A stretch of 64,000 bases of DNA from a virus. Within the stretch, counting starts at the first letter, position 1; each line of letters begins with the position of its first letter. The stretch lies in the IMG/VR virus record IMGVR_UViG_3300025133_005699, positions 32,001-96,000 of that record; one strand, 5' to 3'. Position numbers and translations under genes: made by a program. Positions 37,194 to 47,451 of this stretch are shown one piece after another. The notes beneath the pieces are model-generated. The model had not been told where the DNA came from and ran no database searches. It was given only the letters and a program-made list of their open reading frames with translations.

Positions 37194-37951
37194 GCTAGTA
37201 TTTTGTTCTTCCAGTAAGAGAATGACAATTTATTAAGTTTATATTCTTTGGTTTGCATGTCCTTGTATTCTTTTTTAAGTCTATCCTCTGTGACTTCATT
37301 CCAGTCCTCGATAAACAACACAGGCAAACCTTCTAGGCACTCATGAGTTATGTATTTTTTAACGATAGGAATACACCCAAGATACAGGGCCTCCCATATT
37401 CTATGTGTATCTATTCCGTTTCCTCTTGGGCACAGGCAAAAAGCATACTCTCTCAAGTGATTGACATATCTTTCAAAATTTTGTCCGTTTATAGATAGCC
37501 CATAGTCTGCAAAAACTGTTCCTAAGTGCAATTTGTGCAATAAATCGTGCCTCTCTTCATGTGTCGATGGGTTAAACTGGGTAAAAGCCCGCACCTTTCT
37601 ATTGCCTAAAAGTGGGGCGTTTTTCATTATATTTCTTTTTTGAGGGTGCCAGTGGTTATTCTCTAATCCAATGGGCAGAGGGCGGACTCTAGGGTGCTTA
37701 AAACCGAGGTTTTGAGCATACCAAACAACTAAATTATCGGGCACTTTACACTCTTTTATCTCTACATCACTATTATGTGTTAACAGCTTAAACTGACTGT
37801 CTGGATGCCTGACAATAAAATCCAATACCTCTTCATGATTATCAGAGGCTGTGTACATTAAAGACACGCTTTTTTTTGGAATTTTTTCACCAAATTTAAA
37901 ATCACATGTATTTTTAAACTTTTCTCCGTCTACCTCATCTATAGGGTACAT
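37190..37951 (-). CDS. Exostosin-like (GT47-like) glycosyltransferase
   Basis: THNSD, PLPIGLEN, FCLCPRGNGIDTHRIWEALYLGCIPIV. Confidence 0.75.
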   Translation of the reverse strand: MYPIDEVDGEKFKNTCDFKFGEKIPKKSVSLMYTASDNHEEVLDFIVRHPDSQFKLLTHNSDVEIKECKVPDNLVVWYAQNLGFKHPRVRPLPIGLENNHWHPQKRNIMKNAPLLGNRKVRAFTQFNPSTHEERHDLLHKLHLGTVFADYGLSINGQNFERYVNHLREYAFCLCPRGNGIDTHRIWEALYLGCIPIVKKYITHECLEGLPVLFIEDWNEVTEDRLKKEYKDMQTKEYKLNKLSFSYWKNKILA

Positions 37952-38622
37952 CCGTACACTCCTGCTGTGCTTAACTGGCTACATAGATATGGATTGGTGT
38001 GCCAAACCTTTAGTTTGTTTTCTTTAAAATGATAGTTAAGTTCCCAATCAATAGAAGTACATATCGTGGTGAATGTACCGAGAACCTTCTCCGCCGCACT
38101 TCTTGTTAGGGCATAGGAAGATGTACAGTTAGTGGCGGGATGGTCAACGAGTAATAGGTTTCTATAAGATCCGCAAACCCTATCGGCAACAAGGTTGTGG
38201 TCAAAACCCCCACCAAAGAAGAGAGCATCATGAGGAACCCCTTCTGCCGTATGTAGAGAATCAATAATATCTTTTTTGGTTCCGTGAAAAACAACATCAT
38301 CTTCCAAAAAGACTGCGTTGTCATAACCAGAAGATACCAAGTCTTCCATACATTTTATATGTTTTATACATAAAGATATATGTCCCATTGTCGGTCCTTT
38401 ATATCCGTCGTAATCGACCTCCTCATACATACCTAAAGTTCTCTCTTTAAAGAGATCTAAATTAATATTGCAGTATGTGTCGATGACGGCTTCTGATAAT
38501 TCATTTTTATCATAGTCAGTATACCATGTGGCGTCAATTTCCATCTCCTCTAGAATAGGCTCTAGCCTAGCTCGCCGCTCAACGTTCTTTTTGTAGTGCA
38601 TAACATAAAATTTTGTCTTCAT
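37939..38622 (-). CDS. GT25-like glycosyltransferase
   Basis: YVMH...ERR, SLCIKH, VFLEDD, TSSYALTRSAA, IDW. Confidence 0.75.
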   Translation of the reverse strand: MKTKFYVMHYKKNVERRARLEPILEEMEIDATWYTDYDKNELSEAVIDTYCNINLDLFKERTLGMYEEVDYDGYKGPTMGHISLCIKHIKCMEDLVSSGYDNAVFLEDDVVFHGTKKDIIDSLHTAEGVPHDALFFGGGFDHNLVADRVCGSYRNLLLVDHPATNCTSSYALTRSAAEKVLGTFTTICTSIDWELNYHFKENKLKVWHTNPYLCSQLSTAGVYGCTL

Positions 38623-39780
38623 TTATACCATCCTGTTGATTATAGAACAAATTCTCTTAATGTCTTTATGTCTAAGGTCTTGGTGATTGGGAATATACAT
38701 TCCGTATTTTTCCACAATGTTCGCATTGACCATCGGCTCTTCCCCATAGAGGTTGACCCATGCTGGCTGAAGACCCATGCTACCAGCTACAAGAGGGCGA
38801 CACTCAATTTTTTTATTGTTTAACTCCCTGTAAACTTCTTGCTTGTTTTCCAAGATAAGAGGAAAACCCATGTTAGATATAACCTCTTGAGTTGTCTTCG
38901 GCTTTGGAAACCAGATTTTTTGATTTAAGTTATTACAATAAGCGTAATAGTTTTCCTCGCGTGTTTTTGATATGTGATTTATTTTAGGTATCTGATTAAG
39001 ACCTATGAAGGCCTGTAGATCGGTTGCCCTCAGGTTGAATCCTGCATAGTAGAATTTATACAGCGAATCAAAATCGTCCACCCCATATTTCTGTCTGTAT
39101 TTTTCTTTAGAATCTTGACTTAAGTCTCTATCCCAGCCGTGACTTCTAATCATCTTTACAACGTCCGCAAAATCGCTATTATCGGTACAAACCATTCCCC
39201 CTTCAATAGTTGAAATGTGGTGGCCAAAGTAAAACGAAAACGAGCTAGCAAAGCCAAACGTGCCAAGCATCTTGCCGGACGTTCTAGATCCTAAGCTCTC
39301 GCAGGTATCCTCAATTACCAGTATATCGTTCTGGTCGCATATTTTGATAATCTCTTCTATAGAGGAGTCAAGACCCAATACATGTACGAGCATAACCGCT
39401 GCGGGCTGTTCTTTAATTATAATCTCTTTTAGATGATTAACATCTAGCCCCAAGTTTTTCATATTGCAGTCACAGAGGATCGGCTCTAAACCAAACTGTA
39501 TAGCAGGAAAGATAGTTGTTGACCAAGAAACCTGTGGGACTACTATCTTGGAGTTTCTAAGAAGTCCCATCTGCTTGAGGGCGGACACTATTAAAAGATT
39601 TGCCGAAGAGCCAGAATTACAATATACGGAGTGTTCACATCCTAGATATTCGGAGAACTTTTCCTCGAACTCTAGCGTCTTAGCTCCTTTTGTTAATTGA
39701 GGCATTTTTCTTAGCCAGCCGATAAGAGAGTTTATATCCCTTTCGTCTATAATGTCTGAACATAGTTTAATTGGTTTCAT
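38623..39780 (-). CDS. colD: PLP-dependent GDP-4-keto-6-deoxymannose 3-dehydratase (ColD-type, DegT/DnrJ family)
   Basis: NSGSSANL, EDTCESLG, and SFYFGHHISTIEGG with His in place of the Schiff-base Lys. HGWDR lacks the Cys cluster of the E1/RfbH Fe-S enzyme. Confidence 0.8.
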   Translation of the reverse strand: MKPIKLCSDIIDERDINSLIGWLRKMPQLTKGAKTLEFEEKFSEYLGCEHSVYCNSGSSANLLIVSALKQMGLLRNSKIVVPQVSWSTTIFPAIQFGLEPILCDCNMKNLGLDVNHLKEIIIKEQPAAVMLVHVLGLDSSIEEIIKICDQNDILVIEDTCESLGSRTSGKMLGTFGFASSFSFYFGHHISTIEGGMVCTDNSDFADVVKMIRSHGWDRDLSQDSKEKYRQKYGVDDFDSLYKFYYAGFNLRATDLQAFIGLNQIPKINHISKTREENYYAYCNNLNQKIWFPKPKTTQEVISNMGFPLILENKQEVYRELNNKKIECRPLVAGSMGLQPAWVNLYGEEPMVNANIVEKYGMYIPNHQDLRHKDIKRICSIINRMV

Positions 39781-40703
39781 AGCTCTAGCACCGTTTTGAA
39801 TTTCTCCAATAGGAACTCTGGGTTAGCACAGTCGGGAATTTTGTTGTCTGGAAAACATGGCTGACTCTGAATCTCTTGGAACAGGTCAGGTTTATTATAT
39901 ATACCAAGAACGGCCTCGTTTAGTTCATCTATATTGTTAAATCTTCTAGCATGAATGAAGGCGTCCTCATTAAATTCTTCACCCACATCTGGACAGCCCC
40001 AATATATTGGTATTACCCCTTTAGATAGTGGATGTATTAGTTTTTCAGTTATCCACCCGTCAGCCTCACCATTATCAAAACATAGGTTAAACTTAAAGTC
40101 ATTAATATACTCTAGCTTGTCTTTTTCATCTCCTCCTATAGAGGGCATATTTGTAAAGGCTCGACCTCTACTTTCTACCAAAAGGCCGTTCTCTACGCCG
40201 AACCCTATGAACTCAGGGTACACTTCGGCTCTCAGCGCCATATCGTTATTTGTTAATACACAGCAGAACTTTTTCTTTTCCGTGTAGTCGGGAGGATTTA
40301 GCAACAACTCTGGTGAAACAAGAAAGGCTTGGTTCCTTCCTTGAACATATTGGTTTCCAAACCAGTCTACATACATAGCCCATAGTGGTATTCGCACGTT
40401 TCTATTATCGTCAAACTTGCAGGACGAAAAAGAGAAATCGCAGCTACTGTAGTCTGGGTCTCCCGTTCTATCAATTGACTCTACGAGCCAGTGGATAATC
40501 TTAGCTCGCCCCTTCATTCCATCCGTTAGGCTTGCTGCCGACGGAGACTGATGATCTGGCGGAGAGCTCTGGCAAACGATAATGTCTGGATTGTTTTCAT
40601 CAACAATAACATTATATTCTAATGACAGAGTGTTGGTGATTATGTTGTCATGCTTAAAGAAGCCGCCCCACATGTTTTTAAAATCTATTTTTATCTGCTT
40701 CAT
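39777..40703 (-). CDS. GT10 (alpha-1,3/4-fucosyltransferase-like) glycosyltransferase
   Basis: KKKFCC, KLEYINDFKFNLCFDN...GWITEKL...IPIYWG...FNEDAFI. Confidence 0.8.
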   Translation of the reverse strand: MKQIKIDFKNMWGGFFKHDNIITNTLSLEYNVIVDENNPDIIVCQSSPPDHQSPSAASLTDGMKGRAKIIHWLVESIDRTGDPDYSSCDFSFSSCKFDDNRNVRIPLWAMYVDWFGNQYVQGRNQAFLVSPELLLNPPDYTEKKKFCCVLTNNDMALRAEVYPEFIGFGVENGLLVESRGRAFTNMPSIGGDEKDKLEYINDFKFNLCFDNGEADGWITEKLIHPLSKGVIPIYWGCPDVGEEFNEDAFIHARRFNNIDELNEAVLGIYNKPDLFQEIQSQPCFPDNKIPDCANPEFLLEKFKTVLEL

Positions 40704-41524
40704 TTTTCAATCCTTTTAAACATATATTCCGCAAGCCTTTCTGGAGAACAAAAGTGTTCGTACCACAGCTTGGCGGCATTAGAATGGTATTCCAACACCT
40801 CTTCTTCTCTTCCTAAGATGAAGTCTACTGTTCTAGTCAGCTCTGCCCATCCAGCGTCCATTGGGAACGCCGGAGCTGCGTTATACATTGGGGTTTGTGG
40901 CATCCCCACATTTATTACTATACACCCCGCGCACATAGCTTCAAAAAATCTAAAGCTTTCTTTGCTACCCGAGCCAATGGGTACCAACGCTATCTTGGTA
41001 TCATTCATCACATCGCAGTAGCTGTCTATAGCATCTCCGTTATTCCAGCCCTCATACCACAGGACATGACTATTGTAATTTGGTCGCTCGCCCTGTAATC
41101 TGTCTACAGCCTGTCTAAAGTTCACCCTAGTATAGGGATCAAACTGGCCCATCCAAGACCAGTCTTTTGTCCTTTTCGTTATTGGGATGTCTTGGTTGAC
41201 AAACCCTTCGAGGCAACCTAAGGGCAATGGGCTAACTCTATTTATGTTCTTTACCGATGTCTGGTCTGTAGGTGTTCCCATAGGTGCGTACTGCTTGAAT
41301 ATGTGCACATACGAGTCATCCTGTGTTTGGTCAGGAACATTGTGTGCCTCATCTGATGTAGATATTAATATTTTTGGATACTTTGTTTCTTTCGGCATCT
41401 CATGATTCCATACCTGCAAGATAAAAGAATAATCATTTTTCAGCTTCTTGGATAGTATCTCGACAGCCTCTTGATACACATAGCTGTCCGGATTTTGTTC
41501 AATAAGGTTAATTATTTCAGACAT
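40700..41524 (-). CDS. Exostosin-like (GT47-like) glycosyltransferase
   Basis: STSDE, PLPLG, KIALVPIG..ESFRFFEAMCAGCIVI. Confidence 0.65.
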   Translation of the reverse strand: MSEIINLIEQNPDSYVYQEAVEILSKKLKNDYSFILQVWNHEMPKETKYPKILISTSDEAHNVPDQTQDDSYVHIFKQYAPMGTPTDQTSVKNINRVSPLPLGCLEGFVNQDIPITKRTKDWSWMGQFDPYTRVNFRQAVDRLQGERPNYNSHVLWYEGWNNGDAIDSYCDVMNDTKIALVPIGSGSKESFRFFEAMCAGCIVINVGMPQTPMYNAAPAFPMDAGWAELTRTVDFILGREEEVLEYHSNAAKLWYEHFCSPERLAEYMFKRIEK

Positions 41525-42380
41525 CTATAAAACCCTCCAAGTTTTTACTATGTACATGTAGATTAAAAATTGGGTGTTTCATTCCATCTGACCCAATGGC
41601 ATATGGCTTATCTGTAAACTCTGCCCCTATTTTATTATTTCTAAGTAGCGCGCCTATCATATGTTTAGGGTCTGTAAACCCAGATTCATGCCCGTTATTT
41701 GTACCTCCTAAGTATTGGCCATAGGAGCCGGGATCAAACACGAAGTCCTTTTCTCCAATTTCAGGTACCGTCTTGAAGGCTTCAAACATCTCACACTTGT
41801 GAGCCACATGCAGGAGCGACATTTCGCTTACGTGATCAAATCCAAACTTGTTTATCAGTACCTGCTCCCCAAGAGCCAGCACCTCGTTTAAAAACTTGCA
41901 TAGATAAACAATGAGTACAGGCATTGGAACGTGGACAAAAGCAAACGTAACTTGATCGACTGACATTGGTGTAAGGCTTATCCTGTTAGACTGTGGAACG
42001 CCCTCAAGGTCGTGATATAAAAGAACATCATTTTCAAAGTGAAAGACATCGTACAGTCTATTCTTGTCTATATACTCACTGAGATAGTATATTCTTTCAC
42101 AGGTTCTATGCCAGAACAGCTCAGGGCTAGGGTGGGTCGTGTTAGGCGTTCCGTGTCTTTTAAACCAGCACAGGTTGTTAAATTCTTTAAGGGTGGTGCC
42201 ATCCTTTAGTGAGTCCTGAGGAACCCAGTTTACATCAATATCTTTAAAAAATGGCTGGTCATCTTTACATATAAAATCTATAGTAACGTCAGGATTTGTC
42301 TTGCGAGCTTGCGCTAGTGAAATTTGTGTATATGCCGGTAACTCTCCGCCATCTGAAATAAATGTATTAACTATTCTCAT
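41517..42380 (-). CDS. Putative GT-A fold glycosyltransferase
   Basis: FWHRTCERIY, FHFENDVLLY, SEM, FDPGSYGQYLGG, NLHVHSK. Likely start MRIVNTF at 42380. Confidence 0.55.
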   Translation of the reverse strand: MRIVNTFISDGGELPAYTQISLAQARKTNPDVTIDFICKDDQPFFKDIDVNWVPQDSLKDGTTLKEFNNLCWFKRHGTPNTTHPSPELFWHRTCERIYYLSEYIDKNRLYDVFHFENDVLLYHDLEGVPQSNRISLTPMSVDQVTFAFVHVPMPVLIVYLCKFLNEVLALGEQVLINKFGFDHVSEMSLLHVAHKCEMFEAFKTVPEIGEKDFVFDPGSYGQYLGGTNNGHESGFTDPKHMIGALLRNNKIGAEFTDKPYAIGSDGMKHPIFNLHVHSKNLEGFIDV

Positions 42381-43152
42381 TCTGAAATATACCCCTCTCT
42401 TTATCCCCTGAGTGTTCAAGCTTCCCGCCAATAGCCTCCACATACCAGCTGTGTTTTAATATCCATCGCATATCGTTCTCTTTTTCTGTTTTGTCGGTAG
42501 CTTTCAAATGCTGTATAGCTTTAGAAAATATTTTATACTCATTATTAGCATATTTAAACTGTAGACTGTTCTTTTCGATCTCTTCGTTGGCTATAAAAAT
42601 CGCATCTACTCCCGACGCCGCCACTAAAGTGTACCCCATCCAGTTCAATAGATCTTTTGCTGCCGTTATGCTGCAACCATAGCGGCTGTCGCCAGACCAG
42701 ACCCAATCTTTTCGGTGGATTTGTATTATAGTGCGAGGAGGAGGGATTTCCGGATTAAACTCTATGGATACCACTCTAGGTTTAAATTTTTCCAAATCCA
42801 CGCTTCCAGCTACCCAGAAATCCTCTCCATCAATATCTATGGATAAAAAATCAAATACTCTCGGAACCTTGTACTTTTCTAGCAGCTCATTTATGTTTTC
42901 TGCGGAAACAAACTCATTTTTTAGATCATAAATAGCCTCTGGGTTTTCTGTGCCGTCCATTAGTAAGCCGTCAAACCCTAGAGTTTTTCTTAGGTAGATA
43001 GAGTTACCCCGTCCTGTATCTGTGCCATTTGATCCAAACTCAACAAAATACTTGTTGGTAACACCTATTAGTTCAAAAATTTTCTCCAAAATACCATCTT
43101 GGTAAAATTGTGAAAAAACACGCTTCTCAAAATTAAATAAATTTATTTCCAT
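42367..43152 (-). CDS. FkbM-like SAM-dependent methyltransferase
   Basis: FSQFYQDGIL, FVEFG, GLLMDG, FDFLSIDIDGEDFW, PRVVSIEFN. Confidence 0.75.
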   Translation of the reverse strand: MEINLFNFEKRVFSQFYQDGILEKIFELIGVTNKYFVEFGSNGTDTGRGNSIYLRKTLGFDGLLMDGTENPEAIYDLKNEFVSAENINELLEKYKVPRVFDFLSIDIDGEDFWVAGSVDLEKFKPRVVSIEFNPEIPPPRTIIQIHRKDWVWSGDSRYGCSITAAKDLLNWMGYTLVAASGVDAIFIANEEIEKNSLQFKYANNEYKIFSKAIQHLKATDKTEKENDMRWILKHSWYVEAIGGKLEHSGDKERGIFQNENS

Positions 43153-43153
43153 G

Positions 43154-43876
43154 CTATGTCCAACTATGAATTGTAAAAAGGTCTACGTCTTCAGTTCTAT
43201 TTTCGTCAACTATTTGTTTTATCTCTTCTCCAGACCAAGGTTCGTTACTGTACCTTCCGTACATTTTGGTTTTAGTGAGCTGTGAGCCATAAAGATTCGG
43301 GTGGTTTTTTGTGATATAATTACCATAGGTCTCAAATTCTGACAGGAGGCAGTCATCAGACATAAGTGCATTAATAGCAAGAACCAAATGATCTTTGTTT
43401 GGTATCATTTCTGCGCATATATTTTTATCAAAAACCATGAAGTCGTTAATAAATGTATGGTCAACCTGCCTGCTTAACCCAAAATAAAGCTCCATAAATT
43501 TAAAGTATGGCTCATGGTGTTGATCTCTATCGCTAACAAAAAAGTTTGGTTTGCCGTCTTTAAATATATCAATAGGCCTGTTGAATATGAGGTCAGAATC
43601 TACACATAGATAAAGGTCGTTTTCCGTAAAGTCTTGAAATAGTTTGACAAGCTGTTGGTATATCCAGTTAGACCGCCTGTATTTTATAGTGGCTTTATTT
43701 ATTTGGACTGCATCTTCGTCCTTGATGCCCGTAGCAATACTTCCCCCCAGACCATCTGGAGTTATTACATATATGTTTTCTGGTGATGGGTTAAGATGCT
43801 CTAAGCATGAATTCAAACAGAACTGTAGCTTTACATAATCTTTAGGGTGTGATGGTATTATAAGATCGTATTTCAT
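43154..43876 (-). CDS. Putative GT-A glycosyltransferase (DUF6492-like)
   Basis: HPKD, WIYQQLVKL, YLCVDSD (DxD), SEFETYGNY, HSW. Confidence 0.6.
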   Translation of the reverse strand: MKYDLIIPSHPKDYVKLQFCLNSCLEHLNPSPENIYVITPDGLGGSIATGIKDEDAVQINKATIKYRRSNWIYQQLVKLFQDFTENDLYLCVDSDLIFNRPIDIFKDGKPNFFVSDRDQHHEPYFKFMELYFGLSRQVDHTFINDFMVFDKNICAEMIPNKDHLVLAINALMSDDCLLSEFETYGNYITKNHPNLYGSQLTKTKMYGRYSNEPWSGEEIKQIVDENRTEDVDLFTIHSWT

Positions 43877-44760
43877 TCTAGCCCCTTCATTATATCTATT
43901 TCTGTGTGCGGACAGTCAATATCTCCGAAGTTTATCTTGTCAAGATTTAACCTTCTTCCTTTTTGGAATTGCTCATTGAGCTCATAGGGTACTAATGGAT
44001 AGACAGACCCGCTAAGGTTCTCTATGTGGGAACTCTGCACCCTGTTGTTAGGCGAGTTCACAACACAGCTATATGTTGGTGCCGCCATGAACGCTGGAAC
44101 CTCAAAGTGAAACCGTTGCAGTTTAGACTCAAATTCGTTGGGGGTGTCCCGCCATCTTGCGCTGTTATGTTCGTGGTATTCGCTTTGATGTAGAAGCTCA
44201 TTACAGATTGGCGCGATGGCTTCTTTTTTAAATATATGACCGTCTACAGATAGCGCATAAGACCAGTACCCGCAGGGTGTAACCGTCATTCTATTCCATG
44301 CTATAAATCGGTGGCCGTCTTTCGCCCTTTCTACTACTTCAAAAGCTTCTTTAGGTAGGGCATCTACACCTGTTACTCCATCAAGTTCTCGCTGTGTAGT
44401 ATTGACCCCCATTCTAAGAGAGAGGCAACAAATATCTTCGCCAAACAATAAATTCATCTCATCGTAAGTAAAAGATATTTTTTTGTAAAAAATATTATCG
44501 TCTGTAAAAAAGACTATATAGTTATCTTCGCTTTCCGATACTAGGAGGCTGATATCTTGGAAAATAGAATTGCCCTGCTTATGAAACACAACGTCAGGAT
44601 ATTCGTTTTGAAGAGTTTTATAAGAACCGGCACACCCTGTAGTTTCCTTGTATAAAACCAAAATGTTGTTTTGGGCAAAGAAATTTTTACATATACTTTT
44701 AAGCGCAAGGTCTAATTGAAGTGGACGATCTTTACTAAATACTATCGAGGTAAGCATCAA
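43873..44760 (-). CDS. Putative GT2-like glycosyltransferase
   Basis: IVFSKDRPLQLD, FFTDDNIF, LSLRMG, YALSVDGHIF, PNEFE. Confidence 0.6.
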   Translation of the reverse strand: MMLTSIVFSKDRPLQLDLALKSICKNFFAQNNILVLYKETTGCAGSYKTLQNEYPDVVFHKQGNSIFQDISLLVSESEDNYIVFFTDDNIFYKKISFTYDEMNLLFGEDICCLSLRMGVNTTQRELDGVTGVDALPKEAFEVVERAKDGHRFIAWNRMTVTPCGYWSYALSVDGHIFKKEAIAPICNELLHQSEYHEHNSARWRDTPNEFESKLQRFHFEVPAFMAAPTYSCVVNSPNNRVQSSHIENLSGSVYPLVPYELNEQFQKGRRLNLDKINFGDIDCPHTEIDIMKGLE

Positions 44761-45721
44761 ACTCCTCTACATTGGCGTTAAACCATTCTATAGTTTTCTC
44801 TAGCCCCTCATATAGGCCCACGGTGGGTTTGTATCCAAGCCATTCTTTTGCGCGACTAATATCTAAGCACCTTCTAGGCTGACCATCAGGGTATTCAGAG
44901 TTAAATCTTATTTTACCGTCATAACCCATAATTTCAGCAATAGAAAGGGCTAGATGTTTTATCATCACCTCTCCCCCTGTCCCAATGTTAATAGGTTCTG
45001 CGGATACGTCTTTCTCTAAAGATAGCCTAATAGCTTCTGCACAGTCATCTATATAGAGAAACTCTCGGCTTGCCTTGCCCGTTCCCCAAATCTCCACAGC
45101 GTCTTCTTTTTTGTAAAAGCTTTTATTGTCTTTAACGTCACGCATTGCCTTATGAAACTTAAGTATTAGGGCGGGTATAACGTGACTACTAGCAGGATTA
45201 AAGTTATCTTCCGGCCCGTACATGTTTACCGGAATCAGATTAACACCATTGAAATCATACTGCTCTTTGTATGACATTATTAACTGCATCAGGCTTTTCT
45301 TTGCCACGCCATAAGGCGCGTTTGTTTCTTCTGGGTATCCGCTCCATATATCTTCCTCTTTAAATGGGACGGGAGTAAACTTTGGGTATGAACATACCGT
45401 TCCAACCATGATAAACTTCTTAACAGAGCGTAGCTTTCTGCACGCTTCAATTAGGTTGGCCCCCATGATGAGGTTATTGTACATATATAGTCCCGGATTT
45501 GCTTTATTGGCTCCAATTCCCCCAACGGTAGCTGCTAGATGAACAACAGCAACGGGCTCAGCATACCTTAATAAGTCATCGACCTCTGATGTTATTGTTA
45601 AATCATAGCTACTACCTACAGCAATAACGTTTTTATATCCGTTTTCTCTAAGGTTTCGATACACGGCTTTACCTAAAAACCCAGTACCTCCAGTAACTAA
45701 AACTGATTTTTTCTTAAACAT
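44735..45721 (-). CDS. fcl: GDP-L-fucose synthase / ColC-type epimerase-reductase (extended SDR)
   Basis: TGGTGFLG, HLAATVGGIGAN, GTVCSYP, PYGVAKK (YxxxK), NMYGPEDNF, SHVIPALI, WGTGKASREFLY, DGQPRR. Confidence 0.92.
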   Translation of the reverse strand: MFKKKSVLVTGGTGFLGKAVYRNLRENGYKNVIAVGSSYDLTITSEVDDLLRYAEPVAVVHLAATVGGIGANKANPGLYMYNNLIMGANLIEACRKLRSVKKFIMVGTVCSYPKFTPVPFKEEDIWSGYPEETNAPYGVAKKSLMQLIMSYKEQYDFNGVNLIPVNMYGPEDNFNPASSHVIPALILKFHKAMRDVKDNKSFYKKEDAVEIWGTGKASREFLYIDDCAEAIRLSLEKDVSAEPINIGTGGEVMIKHLALSIAEIMGYDGKIRFNSEYPDGQPRRCLDISRAKEWLGYKPTVGLYEGLEKTIEWFNANVEEFDAYLDSI

Positions 45722-46760
45722 CTATATGCTCCTTTGCTTGATTCCAACCTTTTATAATGTCTTGGGCTTCTTGCTCGCAGCCAAAATAGCTTAATATTTG
45801 AGCAATTCGATGAAAGTTCGTATGGTTATCCAAGATGAATTGCCTTCCTGTGGTTGCAATTTCTTTTCTCTCGTCATCATGAGATAGATAATAATCAATC
45901 TTCTCTTTAAAGTCGTCTGGCGAATCAGCAAAAACAACCCCGTTACCGTTGAAGATTTTACTTATCCCCTCTATATTATCAGAGATACAGAACCCTCCGG
46001 CACATAATATCTTGAAGCACCTCTCATTAATATCAAACCCAAACTCGTGAGCGTGGGGCTCGCTTAGGTTTGGGCAAATTTTTGCAGAGACAAATAAGTC
46101 TTTGGCCTTTTCGTCTGCTAAATATCCGCAATATTGGTTGGCATTGGGCCAAGGTTGATTTCCAAATATTTTGACGTTATATTTATCAATGGGGTGTAGC
46201 AGGGGGGTAAGATACCTATCTATAATGATACCTTTATATGGCCAGTAACCACCAAGAAAGCCTATATCGCAAGAAAGACCTTCGTCAAACGTTGGAGTAA
46301 CATACTCATGTACATTTGCACACATTATGAGTGATTTAGCATCAACACCTATCGATTTGAACTTTGAGTGTGTTTGGTCTACAGCGCACTGGTCGTAATG
46401 GATATGTACAAAGTCTGGCTTGCCCGTCTCATCTTTAAGTTTCTTTAGTATATCTTTTTCTTTCTCTGAGGAATACAGGACATTAAATCTAGGGTCTGCC
46501 TCAAAGTCTCCCCAATCTCCGGCTCTTAGCCCGACTTTTAAGTGAGGTCTTTCGTATATACATTTAATTAGTGGTGAGTCTAAGTTATAAGACTGCCCTA
46601 AGAAGATATCTGGCTCGAAAGTATCAAACGCATCAAAAGCTGAAACTTCTTTGCAATGCCAAAAAGAGGCCTCAATGCCACACTCATTGAAAGCCCTTAA
46701 CCAAGACTGTCTCTGGAAGTAGTGGGCGTGGAGTCCGTCACTAGCAATTAAAATTTTCAT
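45714..46760 (-). CDS. CgeB-like GT-B glycosyltransferase
   Basis: DIGFLGG, SAKICPN, DINERCFKI..AGGFCISD, YYLSHDDERKEIA..G...HT..HR. Confidence 0.7.
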   Translation of the reverse strand: MKILIASDGLHAHYFQRQSWLRAFNECGIEASFWHCKEVSAFDAFDTFEPDIFLGQSYNLDSPLIKCIYERPHLKVGLRAGDWGDFEADPRFNVLYSSEKEKDILKKLKDETGKPDFVHIHYDQCAVDQTHSKFKSIGVDAKSLIMCANVHEYVTPTFDEGLSCDIGFLGGYWPYKGIIIDRYLTPLLHPIDKYNVKIFGNQPWPNANQYCGYLADEKAKDLFVSAKICPNLSEPHAHEFGFDINERCFKILCAGGFCISDNIEGISKIFNGNGVVFADSPDDFKEKIDYYLSHDDERKEIATTGRQFILDNHTNFHRIAQILSYFGCEQEAQDIIKGWNQAKEHIDV

Positions 46761-47451
46761 TCTTTATATCCTTCATACAGTCTATTTCAACGATAGACAT
46801 ACTGTCTGGTTCGTAAACTTTTATAGTTCCACCTCTACTTATTATAGAGTTAATAACCTCAAAAGCCAACAGTGTTTTTGTTTCGTTGGCTGCTTTTGAG
46901 CAAATTTGCCGCAGTATAGCAAACTCTTTTCCTGTCAAGAAAGCGATCTGGCACCACTTGGTGTCTAGCCCGTAAGATAATATGCTCGCTTTGTTATTAA
47001 CAACGGTAACTCCAACCTCTTTCTCTCTCATCTTATTCTTATTGTCTACGACAATGAATGACTTAGAAAAGTCTGCTGAGTTGATGGTTTTAATATCAAA
47101 ATATAAATCCCCATGAAAGAACAAAACACTATTACTGGTTATATTGTTTACTATTAGCCTTAGAGTTTCAAAAGGCCCAGTCGTATCATGTAATTGGTTT
47201 TCTACAAACCTGACTTCGCCGGGGAATTTTTTAAGTATTCTATTTGCTTCTACCCCTATACCAACCACAATCTCGGGCTCGTGAAAAATCGAATTCACTG
47301 TGTCTAGCTGGTGTTGCAATAAAAACTTTGGCCCAACCTTAAGTAAGGCTCTAGGCTCATGGGACTTTATCCTGCTACCTGTTCCGGCAGATAAAATGCC
47401 GACGCTGGTATCAAGAGGTTCCTTCTTTATTTTTTGTGTAAATCTACTCAT
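46741..47451 (-). CDS. Sugar/choline-phosphate nucleotidyltransferase-like protein
   Basis: ILSAGTGSRIKSHEPRALLKVG, FFHGDLYF, VEIDC. Confidence 0.7.
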   Translation of the reverse strand: MSRFTQKIKKEPLDTSVGILSAGTGSRIKSHEPRALLKVGPKFLLQHQLDTVNSIFHEPEIVVGIGVEANRILKKFPGEVRFVENQLHDTTGPFETLRLIVNNITSNSVLFFHGDLYFDIKTINSADFSKSFIVVDNKNKMREKEVGVTVVNNKASILSYGLDTKWCQIAFLTGKEFAILRQICSKAANETKTLLAFEVINSIISRGGTIKVYEPDSMSIVEIDCMKDIKNENFNC

